Of a stretch of DNA of 64,000 nt, positions 46,470 through 59,000 are shown piece after piece. Location of the stretch: positions 1 to 64,000 of the IMG/VR virus record IMGVR_UViG_3300045135_002242. One strand, 5' to 3'. Every line of letters begins with the position of its first letter. The stretch's first letter is position 1. Source of the DNA: a virus. The notes below the pieces were generated by a model, which saw only the letters and a list, made by a program, of their open reading frames with translations, did no database searches and had not been told where the DNA came from. Made by a program: the position numbers and the translations under genes.

Positions 46470-46859
46470 ATGGCAGAAATTTCTTTTGAACTCCCCCGAG
46501 ACGTTACTCGTATTTGGGATTTACCGGTACCCATTATTGTAAATAATGATACTAAAACTATTAAAGCATACCTCACAGGGGCTATTGACGAGCCTTCTCT
46601 TTACAACGAGCTATGCTACTTGCTGGATGAAGCATCTTCGGATACTACCGTAGATATTTTTATTAATACCCCTGGAGGAGTTGTAGACTCCGCTTTTATG
46701 ATTGCTAACGCCATTAAATCCTCTAAAGCTAAAGTGGTAGGTTATCTCTCAGGGACCGTCGCTTCAGCAGGTACTATTATTTCCATGGTGTGTGATGAGT
46801 TGAAAGTTACTCCCCACCTTTCATTTATGATCCATAATTATTCTGGTGGTATGGCAGGT
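46470..46859 (+). CDS. clpP: ClpP-like protease, exon 1
   Basis: INTPGG, catalytic Ser in VASAGT, His in FMIHN. Confidence 0.88.
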
Positions 46860-47702
46860 TGACTAATAGCCTTTTGTAGAAGTGATTCTACATCAAAACT
46901 CACTTAAACGGGGAAACTCTGACCGTGTAATGACGAAGACAATCCCGTACTAAATTAATTTTTCCACATTGGTAAATCAATGTAAGTATGGTATAATAAG
47001 GGACATAAAAGCTTAAAACATAGGAGTATTTATGTTAACCCAAACCTTATTAAAAGAAAAACTAAACTATGATCCAATAACAGGTATATTTACTTGGAAG
47101 CAGGGTAAATATAAAAACAAACCTGCAGGAACAATAGCAGGTAAGTTACCTGACCAAGGTTATGTGCGTATTAATATTGACAAAAAAGAATATAAAGCAC
47201 ATAGATTAGCTTGGTTATATATGTATGGTGTATTTCCTCCTAAACATTTGGATCATATAAATAGGAATCGTGAAGATAATTCTATTGCAAATCTTCGTAT
47301 AGCTGATGATTCTATAAATAGCAAAAATAAGACTATTTATAAAAACAATTCAACCGGATTCCATGGCGTTACTGCGCATGGTAGCCGTTGGAGAGCAAGA
47401 ATTAATGTCAAAGGTAAAAAAATACATTTAGGCATATTTGACACAGCAGAGGAAGCTGCAGCTTGTAGAAAACAAGCAGAGCAAAAATACGGATTTCACA
47501 AAAACCATGGAAAAATTATAAATGTCTAACGACTATCCCGTAAGCCAATAAAGGGAGTACACTACAAGCAAACGGTAGTGGAAATAGTGAGAATCCTTAT
47601 AGGATTTTGATATAGTCTAGACTGCATAGAAATATGCAGAAGTTCATGGAAGCTTTCCCCTGAGAACTGGCGTAGAGGTTGCGTTCTACGTTGAATATAC
47701 CG
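46860..47702 (+). mobile_element. Group I intron 3 with HNH-AP2 ORF
   Basis: AAACGGGGAA, AATCCCGTAC, GTCTAACGACTA, GATATAGTCTA; ends GAATATACCG; splicing gives GGMAG|KGHEM in frame. Confidence 0.88.
47032..47529 (+). CDS. HNH-AP2 homing endonuclease (intron-encoded)
   Basis: AHRLAWLY, DHINRNREDN, GFHGV...WRARI...HLGIF. Confidence 0.92.
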   Translation: MLTQTLLKEKLNYDPITGIFTWKQGKYKNKPAGTIAGKLPDQGYVRINIDKKEYKAHRLAWLYMYGVFPPKHLDHINRNREDNSIANLRIADDSINSKNKTIYKNNSTGFHGVTAHGSRWRARINVKGKKIHLGIFDTAEEAAACRKQAEQKYGFHKNHGKIINV

Positions 47703-47903
47703 AAAGGTCATGAAATGAAAGCGCGCCAAAAATTTACTGATGACCATCTTAACGAGGCCTTTAAAACTTACTATACAGGATTTCTGACAGAAGAAGAAAT
47801 GGATAAAGTAATTGAAGGCACAGACCTATGGATGGGCACTGATGAGGTGGTAGAGCGCTGGAATAATCGCACTAGCTACACTAAAGGAGAAACTAATGAC
47901 TGA
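47703..47903 (+). CDS. clpP: ClpP-like protease, exon 2
   Basis: Contains the likely catalytic Asp region DLWMGTDE; spliced product about 196 aa. Confidence 0.82.
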   Translation, partial: KGHEMKARQKFTDDHLNEAFKTYYTGFLTEEEMDKVIEGTDLWMGTDEVVERWNNRTSYTKGETND

Positions 47904-48117
47904 TCCCAATTCTTTTGAGGATATGATGTCCTCTTTTACAAATGTTTTACAGCCTGGGGGCGCTTCGCTCCCTCGCTGCTCTGAAGGCAAACAACTAAGT
48001 ATTGATGAAGAGGTAAGAAAAGTAACCCTTGGCCTTTTAAAAGAAGAAGTGCTTTCTGACGCTCAAGTAAAACTACTAAGCACTTGTTTAAACTACATTA
48101 CCGCTATTAGGTACTAA
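47896..48117 (+). CDS. Hypothetical protein
   Basis: AAGGAG SD. Confidence 0.7.
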   Translation: MTDPNSFEDMMSSFTNVLQPGGASLPRCSEGKQLSIDEEVRKVTLGLLKEEVLSDAQVKLLSTCLNYITAIRY

Positions 48118-48118
48118 T

Positions 48119-48463
48119 ATGGACCCAATTAAAGGAATTATCCAGTTTAATAAGGATCGTAATCTTACCAAGTTTGACCCTGTTGCAGAGTATGCTATGC
48201 TGGAAGAGGAGCTCTTAGAGTTCTATGCAGCGTACTCTGCACAAGATACCTATGAAATGGTAGATGCCCTCTGTGACCTCATTGTGATCGCTACAGGGGG
48301 CATCCATAAACTAGGGTATGATCCTACAGAAGCTCTGTCTGAAACAGTAAAAGAGATTACTAGCAGGCAAGGCAGCTTAAACCCCGACACAGGTAAGTGG
48401 GAGAAAGATCGTAATCAAGATCCCAAAACTCTGTATAAAGCCCATTATTGTCCTTTGAGGTAG
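48119..48463 (+). CDS. MazG-like NTP pyrophosphohydrolase
   Basis: EEELLEF...DALCDLIV...GKWEK. Confidence 0.8.
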   Translation: MDPIKGIIQFNKDRNLTKFDPVAEYAMLEEELLEFYAAYSAQDTYEMVDALCDLIVIATGGIHKLGYDPTEALSETVKEITSRQGSLNPDTGKWEKDRNQDPKTLYKAHYCPLR

Positions 48464-48465
48464 TT

Positions 48466-48744
48466 ATGGAATTTTTGGTATTAGGCCTTGTAGTAGCTGT
48501 AAACTTTATTATTATAAAGATGAAGTTAGACCGTAAACGTTGGGAAGATGCTGTTTTTGATCTTCTTACTATGCTTACGGTTATGGCTCTTTTTAGCGGG
48601 TCATATGCGGGCCTTATTGTCGGATCCGTAGCGTCACTATTTATTAGTCTTTACTTTTTTGCGAGCCCCCCTAAGTTTTTTAGCGGTAAAGAGGGGCTCT
48701 TACATACCTTTATTAAACGAGCTAAAAGGTCTGATAAGCTATGA
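48466..48744 (+). CDS. Membrane protein, holin candidate
   Basis: Three hydrophobic segments, basic C-terminus; GAGGT SD. Confidence 0.6.
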   Translation: MEFLVLGLVVAVNFIIIKMKLDRKRWEDAVFDLLTMLTVMALFSGSYAGLIVGSVASLFISLYFFASPPKFFSGKEGLLHTFIKRAKRSDKL

Positions 48745-48911
48745 TTGCTAACTTACTTCAATCTATTGGTATAGTATTTACATTATTAATTATTGCATTT
48801 GTTGTAGTGATTTCTATGTATTTATCTTACATCATAGGAGTAAGCATAGTAATTATAGCTTTAATATTTATTACTTATCATATTACCTCTGCACTTAAAA
48901 AGAATAAGTAG
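48741..48911 (+). CDS. 56-aa two-TM membrane protein (not in ORF track)
   Basis: ATGA overlap; MIANLLQSIGIVFTLLIIAF...ALKKNK. Confidence 0.6.
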   Translation: MIANLLQSIGIVFTLLIIAFVVVISMYLSYIIGVSIVIIALIFITYHITSALKKNK

Positions 48912-51900
48912 ACTCTTTTAGCAGCGCTGGTGTAATAAAGTTCATAAAGTTTTCTGCTGGGCTGTATATTGGAAATACATTTCCTGGCCCCAGAGAATCT
49001 CCATACCAGTCTTTTACTAGGAAAGATTGTTCATGGATACTAGGAAAACCTCCCAAGAAGCCAAACGCAGCAGCGCCAAAAGCGGCTTTGAGGGGGGCCC
49101 TACTACCGCTCTTTATAATAATTCTTTGAATACGCTTAACATATTTTGTGAACATCAAAATACCTACCCGGTTTAGGTACTCTTCTATTCTGCTGGACGG
49201 CTTTGCATAGTTAATAAAATCCTCAACTAGTTCGTACTCTCGTTGTGTTTTAGCCTCCTCAAGAAACTGCTTTCGCTCTGTTCCGGTTAGGCGTTGTTTA
49301 GGCTTATAGTCTTTGCGTTGTTTTTCCAACCACCAAGCCGGTAGCATACGGTGACCATCAGCCTGTTTCTGAGTAATTTTTTTCTCTAATTGATTTTGCA
49401 CATCCCTTGCCATTAAATCATTAGTTTCTAGAAACTCATTTGCAACTCTATAAAACATGGTACGTCTGGTAATAAACAAAATGTCTAAACCATCACGTAC
49501 AAGCTCAGGAGCTTTTTGCAGCTGCTCATCAATAGCACTGGTAATACGGTTAGTATCACGAGCACCCTCATTAGTAACGTCTTCTACGTTTTGGTCAAGA
49601 CCCAGTTGAACTAGTTCGTCAATGGGGCTATCTTTCATTCTACGTTTCGTAGCGCCCAGCTCCCCCTGGACCTTAACTAATTCCTGCTCTACCGCGCTTC
49701 TACGCTGGGCCGATAGTACGTCTCTACGCTTAGCCGCATTCAATTCCCTTTCTCTATTTTCCAGTTCCTGTACTCTTTTAACATCTTTGTCATAAGCCTT
49801 AATGTTACGGTAACTTTCTACGTACATTTTTATAACTGTGATTGGGTCATACCCTCTCATTGCGGCGTACACAAGATTAGCAAAAATATTACTTAACAAG
49901 ATAGTTGGCATTTTCAAAAGAATGTTAGTTTTAACAATCTTAATCATTTCCACCCACATCATTTCTGCAAATTTGATAACTTTCATCAATACAGGTGGAG
50001 TGATTTTTGCCAAGCCAGGGAAATTTGCAATACTGATATGGCTGTAGCCAAAGAATAAGTGGTGCAAGTCTGCTCTTACAGCTAAAGTCTCATCTGCCCT
50101 ATTTTGAATAAACTGTTGAAACTCTCTTGGCAGCATGTAGTACAGTTTACGCATTTCTGGGTCAGGAGCTTTAGGCCCAATAATTGTGTAATCAGTTATC
50201 CCATCCTTACCTTTCGATCCTGCATTCCAGTTTTCGTACATATCTTTTTTTAAGATATCTAGTGCTCTGTTGTTGTGCTGAGCACTCATATCCTTATCAA
50301 GGAGTGTACCAAAAGATCTAGCCATTACTTCAGATATTCTAGTATCTTGTTTTAACAACTCTTTTTTGGTAGCTTTATCCATCATGTAACGGTAATCTAC
50401 TACTTTCCCGTCTTCATTAATGACAGGCACAACACCAAATACTGTGTCAGTAAAATCGTATTCACCTTCTTCCATTTTCTTTGCACGAGCCGTAGCTTCT
50501 CTTTGGATATTAGCGATATCTCTTTTAGCTCTTTCCTGAATAATTCTACTACCAATATTTCCTGCGTCTTTGTAAGACAAATCAGTAACAGTCGTACCTT
50601 TAGATTTAATCTGGTTCAGACGTACACCGCCACGTAAACGATCTGGTCTACTAGCTGTGTCAGTAACGTACAGCGCCATAGGTTTGTTTCTTGAGTCACC
50701 TGCCCTAGGAGCTAGCTTAGCCCTAAACACAAAGCCTTGAGCTTCCATAACTGCTCTCTCTTCAAGAGGAGCTACTTCCATCATAATACTGTCATCAAAG
50801 ACTTCACGAGTATAGCCTTTTATCTTGTTAGTCTTTTTACCCTTAAATACAGTCTCGTCAGAGTTTTTCTTAAACCCTTCTACTACATCAGCAACATGCT
50901 GAACACCTTTCCAATCCTTTTCCATAAGATCAGCAACCATCATACGCTGGTCTTTGTCAGTATTCTTAAGTGCAACTAATGTCGCTAGTTCGTCAATAGC
51001 TTTAACAACGTCAGCATTAGGTTTTTTACGATGAGAGCTGTGGATACCACGTGCAATATTAAACGCATTAAGGTTTTGCTCTGGCGTACCTCTATGAGTA
51101 GCCATGTAAATACCTAAGCCTACTGCCTGGTTAGAGTGCCAGTTATAGTGTTCACCATCAATGTCTTTGAGAGCGCGTTTAGTGTCTTTAATAAAACGAT
51201 CCAACGTCTCATCATCAACTAGGAGCTTACGTAGCGTAGCGTTATCATAGATAGTCTTACGAATATCCATATATTTTGCTACTGAATCTTTACCAAACAA
51301 AGCCGCTAAGTCTGTATCTGCAATTACTGCAGTCAGAGCTTCTTCATCTAGTTTAGTAACTTCTGTAGTTTCACCAAACTCGCTAAGAGTATTCTTACGA
51401 ACTAGGTCAATCTGGTTGTTACGCAGTTTATCAATGTAACCTGACTGCAGTGCCAAGAACTCAACTACTTTTTGTGTGCTGTCTGTAGCAAACATACCAC
51501 CAATAATTTCACGCAACGCACTATCAGGTTTCATACCCCACGCAGTAGCAACCCCACCCATAGCTCTAGTGTATGCTGGGTTAACAATAGACAACCCAAT
51601 AAACTTAGCCACCCATGTAACTTTACCGTATAAAGTATCTGGAATAGGTTCTAGCTGTTTACTTACAGCATCGCCTAAAATCTTATTTTTACCTTTATCT
51701 AAAGCTCTAGCAGCCTTATCCTCTAGGCCGTTAACTACGTCAAATACAGCTGTTAAGAAGTTACCTTTTTCTGACAGGTCACGATTAGCTTTAGTATTAA
51801 TTTCTCCTAACCTGAAAGCTAGGTTGACTAAAGCGTCATGTACATTGTCGTGTTTTTGTTTTAGCGTAAAACCTTTTAGAATCTCTAATACTGTGCTAAA

Positions 51901-53067
51901 GAAATCGTTAATTCTTTCTAGTATACGACGGGTATCTTTGCCTTCTTTAATCTTTACGTATTTAAGAGCATTAGCTACTTCTGGTACTGCTAGTGCTTTA
52001 GCAATAAACTCGTAGTCTGCGTTTTTACCTGTAAAAATGTAGTTATATAACCACTTTGCCTGGGCTTCTTCAGCTACCTTATCGATAGACTCCTTAGGCA
52101 TAAAATTTTTCCAAGTAACTTGTTTACGCGCAGTCTCAATAAAATTTGATAATTGGCGTTTAAGTTTAATGGCTTCAGGTACGTTAGAATGCATAGCGGA
52201 CGCAGTCATGGAGTGAATAACTTCTTCCATGTATATAGATGCTTCTGACTGTTGGTTGCCTTTAGCACGGGGGGCGCTGTTAACAGCCATATCAATACGT
52301 CTAGCTCTAGCAACACCTTCAGAACGATCTGCATCCTCCTTAACGTATAGCTCTAGAGAGCTAAAGAACTCTGGGGACATACGGTCAATTAGGTCTAAGT
52401 AAACGTCTAGCTCTTCTTGGCTAGCTTTCTTACCACCTAGCAAGTGCAGTTTCTTAAGCATATTCTTCATATGCTCTTGGCTGCCGTGTATGTAGTCTTT
52501 ATTACGGTATTCTTCTTTCAGCTTCAGCTTTGTGTCACTACTGCCAAACACCACTTCAAGCTGTTTTGCCTGCTCTTGGTTATAGTTGTAATTATCTAGA
52601 AACTTACGCAACCCTGGTATATTAATGTAGGAACCAGGCTTTTTACCCTCAAGGCTTTTGCCATCTGAAGATAAAAGAAAAGTATAAGCTTCAGGTAACC
52701 CATCCCGTAAAAACTCAATACGAATACTGCCGTTGGCAACAAGTTTTGCGCCAAGTAAGGTGCCTTCTTTTACTTTTTTAGACGTACCATAAGTAAACTT
52801 AAAGGTAGCGCCAAATACTTCTCTAAAAGTACTTTCTAGCAACTCTTGTTTAGCAGTATTCTGTTTTTTTACAGCCCCTTGGGCCTCAATATAAGAAATG
52901 TTATTCTCTTCGGTAGCTTTCTTGAAAGCGTACAATTCCTCTAGAACTTCTTGAGCCTCAACTGTCTCAATCTCAGCTAAAGTTTTATCTTTAAGAATTT
53001 CTTCGTAGTGTTTGATAAAGTCTTCAACAAGGTTACCAAACATATTTAAACTAGTACAAGAAGACAT
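48895..53067 (-). CDS. Large virion-associated protein (1390 aa)
   Basis: TAATG-coupled to vRNAP; EEVIH zincin-like variant. Confidence 0.75.
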   Translation of the reverse strand: MSSCTSLNMFGNLVEDFIKHYEEILKDKTLAEIETVEAQEVLEELYAFKKATEENNISYIEAQGAVKKQNTAKQELLESTFREVFGATFKFTYGTSKKVKEGTLLGAKLVANGSIRIEFLRDGLPEAYTFLLSSDGKSLEGKKPGSYINIPGLRKFLDNYNYNQEQAKQLEVVFGSSDTKLKLKEEYRNKDYIHGSQEHMKNMLKKLHLLGGKKASQEELDVYLDLIDRMSPEFFSSLELYVKEDADRSEGVARARRIDMAVNSAPRAKGNQQSEASIYMEEVIHSMTASAMHSNVPEAIKLKRQLSNFIETARKQVTWKNFMPKESIDKVAEEAQAKWLYNYIFTGKNADYEFIAKALAVPEVANALKYVKIKEGKDTRRILERINDFFSTVLEILKGFTLKQKHDNVHDALVNLAFRLGEINTKANRDLSEKGNFLTAVFDVVNGLEDKAARALDKGKNKILGDAVSKQLEPIPDTLYGKVTWVAKFIGLSIVNPAYTRAMGGVATAWGMKPDSALREIIGGMFATDSTQKVVEFLALQSGYIDKLRNNQIDLVRKNTLSEFGETTEVTKLDEEALTAVIADTDLAALFGKDSVAKYMDIRKTIYDNATLRKLLVDDETLDRFIKDTKRALKDIDGEHYNWHSNQAVGLGIYMATHRGTPEQNLNAFNIARGIHSSHRKKPNADVVKAIDELATLVALKNTDKDQRMMVADLMEKDWKGVQHVADVVEGFKKNSDETVFKGKKTNKIKGYTREVFDDSIMMEVAPLEERAVMEAQGFVFRAKLAPRAGDSRNKPMALYVTDTASRPDRLRGGVRLNQIKSKGTTVTDLSYKDAGNIGSRIIQERAKRDIANIQREATARAKKMEEGEYDFTDTVFGVVPVINEDGKVVDYRYMMDKATKKELLKQDTRISEVMARSFGTLLDKDMSAQHNNRALDILKKDMYENWNAGSKGKDGITDYTIIGPKAPDPEMRKLYYMLPREFQQFIQNRADETLAVRADLHHLFFGYSHISIANFPGLAKITPPVLMKVIKFAEMMWVEMIKIVKTNILLKMPTILLSNIFANLVYAAMRGYDPITVIKMYVESYRNIKAYDKDVKRVQELENRERELNAAKRRDVLSAQRRSAVEQELVKVQGELGATKRRMKDSPIDELVQLGLDQNVEDVTNEGARDTNRITSAIDEQLQKAPELVRDGLDILFITRRTMFYRVANEFLETNDLMARDVQNQLEKKITQKQADGHRMLPAWWLEKQRKDYKPKQRLTGTERKQFLEEAKTQREYELVEDFINYAKPSSRIEEYLNRVGILMFTKYVKRIQRIIIKSGSRAPLKAAFGAAAFGFLGGFPSIHEQSFLVKDWYGDSLGPGNVFPIYSPAENFMNFITPALLKESTYSF

Positions 53068-56000
53068 TATTTACCTTTACATAAATTCTGAGTAAGATCT
53101 GTTAACTGAGGGTAAGTTACGCCGCTAACTTCCATTTCCTTATCAATATTATACCCTTTAGGTTCTAGTTTCTCAACTGGTTTGTGGTTAATCGTGCCAG
53201 CTTCAACCGAGTAAACGCCTTCTGCTGTGCCTGCCATATGCATGATTTTAGCGCCCTTATTAAGGTCACCGTAAAGCTCTTCACGTTTAGAAGCTACTTC
53301 ATTAGCCAGCACAGCAAAGCTATTATAGTTACCAATTACAAAGTTCTTAAGAGAAACTTTAATAGGCTTACCCTCTTCATTTTTATCATCAATTAAAATC
53401 TTACTATATTTGCTTTCACCTGTCGGGATCATATCAGCAAATCTACCGAGGGATTTACCAATTTCATAAATAAAACTATAGTTATTGTTAACCTCTAGTA
53501 CTTGCTTATTATACTCTTTTTGCGCTTCTGCCATATGTACTAATGGAGGCATAATCGCATCATGAATTAAAGTAATACCTCGAATATTTGCTTGGGCCAA
53601 CCCATTAATAGTTTGTGCCATAATAGCGCCATCAATATAGTGAATAGGTACTACAGAGCCTGCTGCTACTGCTGCAGTCATCTGTTTAATCATATGACTA
53701 ACACGAATATCTTTCTGCCCAAGCTTTTCCTGGAGAGCTTTAGAGAGGTTTGCACGAACGGGTTTACGACCGCCGTAAGAACCGTATGGAGAACTGGTTT
53801 GTACCGCATACACGCCTATGCCATCCCCTTCCATAAACTCTTGTTCCATGTTACTTAGTGGACCTTTAATCATTGGCCACTGCTGCTTCAGGTCTTCGTA
53901 AATCTTGTTTTCCATATCAATGGTGACAGGACCTTTCTTACGAGCTTCTTTCAGCTTCTCTTCAAAGGATACTGAAAACATTTCAAACATAGCACGGAAC
54001 GCAGAGTTTACTTTGTCTTGGGCATTTACAAAGGGCCCAAATTGCTCCATCAAAATCTTTTCAACTTTAGCGCCGTATGACCCTTCAATCATCTGAGACA
54101 AATATCTATCCATAGAGTACTTAGCCCCAGGCACTCTTATCTGGTGCATAGGTTTATTACGAATAGTATCCTGCAACTCTTCCAAACTCATTTTGTCATT
54201 AGCGTAAACTTTCATCAAGTTTAGGATAGGCTGGTCTTTTTCTTTAGTACTCTTCAAATCAACTTTAGCCATCTCTTTAGCTAAGCCTGTCATCATGTCA
54301 CCAGTAAGAAGATTCTTACGAATAGACTTGATAGACGCAGAATAATTAAATGTCATAAATGGGTATTTGAACAAGTTACGCAACGCTTTATCGACATTAC
54401 CTGCAGTGTCTACTTTAGGTAACGCACCCAGCAAAGCTTCCCATAAGTTTTTATTATAAGGACTATCATTAATGATATTACCTTTTTGTTCTTTGGTTTC
54501 AGCTAATAAGTCTGCAAAAGATTCATCAATATTATCAGAAAACTTAACGTCTTTAGCTAGGGTTTGGTAACTATCTCGCACATTACCTGAGTCAAGAATA
54601 TCATTCATACTCTTATCCGTGACAGCTTTTAAAACTTCATCAATATCAAACACCACACCAACTTTCTGCAGCCATTTTTCCCTGTCTGCAATAATCGGCA
54701 TTTGCATATTCTTCAAACCAAAACCACTAGTTACTGCGTCAAATTCAGCAGTAATAGCGCTAGTAACTTTACCTTTAAGAGAACCTTCTACAAACTTAAA
54801 CGCCTGAAGTGCATGGCCTAGGTGCTCAATCTCAATACCTAGGGGCTTAAACTTCCCAGTTTTTAGTAGTGCTCGCCTAGCCGCTTTAATCCTGGCAGGA
54901 GTCTTAAGACGAGTAAGGATTTTCTCCGCAAACTTGTTAATTTTTGCTGTGTCTTTTTTGTCAGTAGCAAAACCAAAAGCTTGCGCTAATGCAAAATTAA
55001 CTTCCTTAGTGACATCTTTTCTGCCAACTTTAAACTTATTACCTTTACGAATATACGTAGCAATATGGGATGCAGGTTGTACTGCAAAACGATGTAGGTG
55101 CTTATCGGTCTGTGGATTGATAGTGTTGCTATCTACAAAGAAACGACCGTTTTTAGAGAAAAAGTAGTTAAACCACATAGATATAGAGCTGCCCTTAGAC
55201 TTAGTCAGCCATTCCATCTCTTCAAATGACTTTTCAATGCCTCGGTTGATAGACTCTTGCACTTCTTTTTCCTCAAAAGAAAGTTCTTCGTATTCCGAGC
55301 TACCAATCTCTATGTACCCTAGACGTATCTTAATCAACTCTTTATTGTCAATCATTTCACGCATTAAATCTAAATCTGCAGTCCACTCAGTATCCATCGC
55401 TTCTTTGATAGCGTCTTGAGAAGGGCCTGGAATATTAAGACCTAGGCGCTCTTTACGAATCTTAGCAACCGCTTTGTTTTTAACCTTATCTTTTGGAGGA
55501 TGAAAACTAGGTTCTTTACGATTAACATCGATGTCAGGAATTACTTCCGCAATTTCTTTAGCGGCTGCAGCAATTTTAGTAAGACGTTGTTCAGTTTTTT
55601 CCTTAGCTTGAATAAAGATAACTTTGGCACCAGCGCCTCTATCTAAACCTTTACCCGTTTTTTTGAGCACTGTCTTTGCAAACTCTGCAGCGGTTAACGA
55701 GTTATCAAGTTCAAGCAATCCATCAGCTACGCCCATAAGCAGCGCAGTCTGGCCAAGATCCGCAACTAATGCATCATAGGATTGGGCATCAGATTCACTA
55801 TCTGATTTACGTGCCAAGCCCAACATGCTAGCAACGTCTTTACCAATGCTATTGGCAATAGTTTTATATAACAGCCCTTTATCACTAAGCATTTCTACTG
55901 CTTCACGACTAATCTGAGTTTCATCAATACCAAGAATCTCAGCAAGATCCGCTTTAGTTTTCTTGCCTTTTTTGAGTAGATAGCCACTGTTTTTGATAAA

Positions 56001-59000
56001 GTTGTTAAGCCCAAGTTGAGCCGCAATAGCAACGTTTTCGTTAACCTTCATGTCTTGGTCAAAAATCAAACTGGACGCTGGGCTATTTGTAAATGACAAA
56101 ATACTATTTTTAGTACCGTTAAAATCTAGGTTTGGCTTATCAATAGCAGCCTCAAGAAGCTTAACTGCCTGATTAACCATACTGTTAAACTTTACCCCTT
56201 GTTTGCCAGCAATACGCATCTCTTTAGCAGGTAAGGTATTAAATGGTGTAGCCTTATTTACTGTTACATAGTTATTAGGATCAAGATCAAGTACTTGGTA
56301 GGATACTTTTACGTTACCATTTTCGTCTTTTGGTAAGTTATAAAGGTTAGTTGTAGGCCTAACAAAATCACCGGTCTTTTCATTAAAATAGGTGTAAGCT
56401 TTCTTTTTATCTTTACCAATAGCATTATACAGCATATCTTTAGCAATCTGCATAGGCTTGATTCCCAAGGCTTTAGCTGTTTCTTTTAACCATTGATTAA
56501 AGTCTAGTTCACCACGCTTAGCCTCTTCCTGAGCGCTTTTCCAATCAACTAGGAAATCTTCCCCGTCCATCAATTCTTTAATCTTAGTTTCTACTTGCTT
56601 AGTGCCTTCAATTGCCGCAGCCATGGTTATTTTACCGGCTTTAGCTCTTTCTATTACACTACCCATTGCTTCGCTAAGATCTAAGGATTCTAGCCCATGT
56701 TCTAAAGCAACTTCCAGCAGCTCTTCGTAAACCTCATTAGACTGTTTTGCAGTTTGTGATTTATAGTAATCCCGCATTGCACTAACACCTTTAGGGAATA
56801 AGGCTTTAGCTTCTTCAACAGTCTTATTATATCTATCTGCCTGAGCCTCAGTAACTTCCCCTGCTTCTAGCGCAGATACTATTGTGTCACTACTAATAGA
56901 GGCTTCTAACTCCATAGCTTTAAGCACACGACGACGTAAACGTACCTTTGCTATTTCAGCTTTCTTAGCTTTAGCTTGTTTGCTTCGAATAGGTTCGGCT
57001 TTTGCTTTAGGTAAGTACTTAGTGACACCATCTTCTTTAACTTTCTTAAAGTGGTAGTTAGAAAGTAAACGGTGTAAGTAATTATTTTTACGAGAACCTG
57101 CATCAACAACAATAGTAGCACCGGCTTTGTAGGCTTTTTCAAGTTCTTTACGAACCTTGGAATCTTTACTAAAAGATTTAGCGTTAGTATTAATAACTAC
57201 CACATCATTTTCAGTATACTCACCCGTATTAATCTTAGAGCCATTATCCTGAGCATAGTCACCTTTACTGCCCCACTGAGGACTTGGTGATTCTCCTATA
57301 ATAGCCTTTGTAACACCAACTTTTTCGTAGAATTTGCGGTCTGCGTCACGACTATTTTGTTTGCTTGGGTTAGGACGTACAGTAATACCTGCAAGAGAAC
57401 TAGGGTTATCTTTTCCTAAAATTGCGTCTACTTGTTTACCATAGAGCTCTTTGGTACGTGTCAGGTAGTCAATGTTATCTTGAATAGTATCGCTTAACGC
57501 TTGAGAAGACGGATGTACACTATACACACCATCATTAACAGATACAGATACAAAGTTGTCTTTATAACCAGGAATACGGTAAGTTTTTTTAGGTTTGACA
57601 AAAATAGTTTTACCAGCAGCGGTCTGCTCATTGTAGTTATTTACATCCGCTTTTACCTGATTTAGTACAGAATCGTAGGCTTCTTTACGAGTTTCCTGAG
57701 AAACTAAGAAACGATCCACCTTGTCCACTAACCTAGCGACTGCTTTACGGCTAGGGTTAGGGGTGTTAACAAGAGTGCGGAGCTGATTGCGATAAGAGCT
57801 AGCGCTACGCTCACCAGTGCCCAAGGCCTCTTCGTGTACTGTGTAGGCATCTTTACCTTTAATACGTGCTTTACGGATTGTCTCAAAACGTAGCGCAGGA
57901 ACTTCATTAGCTTCCATGTAGGCTTTAACAGCCTTTTCTTCCTCAGCAGTAATATCTAGTTGCCCGTCTTTAACATCCATAGTGTTAACAAACTCAGTAA
58001 CTACGTCTTCAGGAGTAAAGCCTGACCCAAGAGTAGGTTGGTCTTCATCAGTTAAAAAGTTACGGAAAATTTCACGTTTAGATTTACGGAGCAGCTTAAG
58101 AGCTTCTTCGTCAGTATCTTTAGCATTCTCCTGTCCCCTACGAGACTCGAGAACTGCTTCTGCTTTTTCGATTTCATCGTAAGCAGCGCGATATCCTGTA
58201 GAATCTTTTTTCAGCTCTTCAACTAGGTTAGGTGTCGGTACTACGGATTCATCCGCATCTGCAAACATGGTAGCTGCAGCTTCTGTATCACTAAACATAG
58301 AACTGTATTTAGCAACAGTTTTGTCCGCAAAAGTATCAGCAGCTTCACGTCTAGCTGTAATCTCTTCCTCAGATGGCTCTTCTTCAGCTACCTGAGTGTC
58401 ATATACAGAAGGTTCTGGTGCAGTAGCAGATTCAGACTTTTTAATTTTTTCCCCAAGTGCTCCGCCTGCTTTGCTAATCCCACCCACAACTTCTGCTGTA
58501 GCAGGTAGTACTGCACCAATAGCCTCAAACTGTGGGGCACCTCCGGCACCTGCTAGCGCTGCTATACCAGCTTCTGTAGTATTACGCTCGTCCTGCAAAA
58601 AAGCCGTAAATTCTTCCACATCGCTAAACTTCTCTGACCCGTACCTAGAGTTGAACAACTCCATCATAGTTTGCGAGTATTCTTGTGCTGCCTCTTTACC
58701 CATATTTATTGCCGTAGCAGCACTACCTGCAGCCATTGCTTTAGCTACTTGAGCGAACTCACGGTTGGTCATTGCTTTTACTGCAGGAATTGCAGATGCA
58801 ATCATCCCAGGATTTTTAATAATACTAAAATCAACCAGTTTATCTAGGTTCTGGTTTACCATTTGAACAGCAAAACGCCCAGCAAACCACTTAGCCTTCT
58901 CAGCACCCTCTAGCTCTACACCATTGTTGTTTTTAACAAATTCATTATATTGACTATTCACCTGCCCCATAGCAGAAACCATAAAACCAGACTGTGCGGT

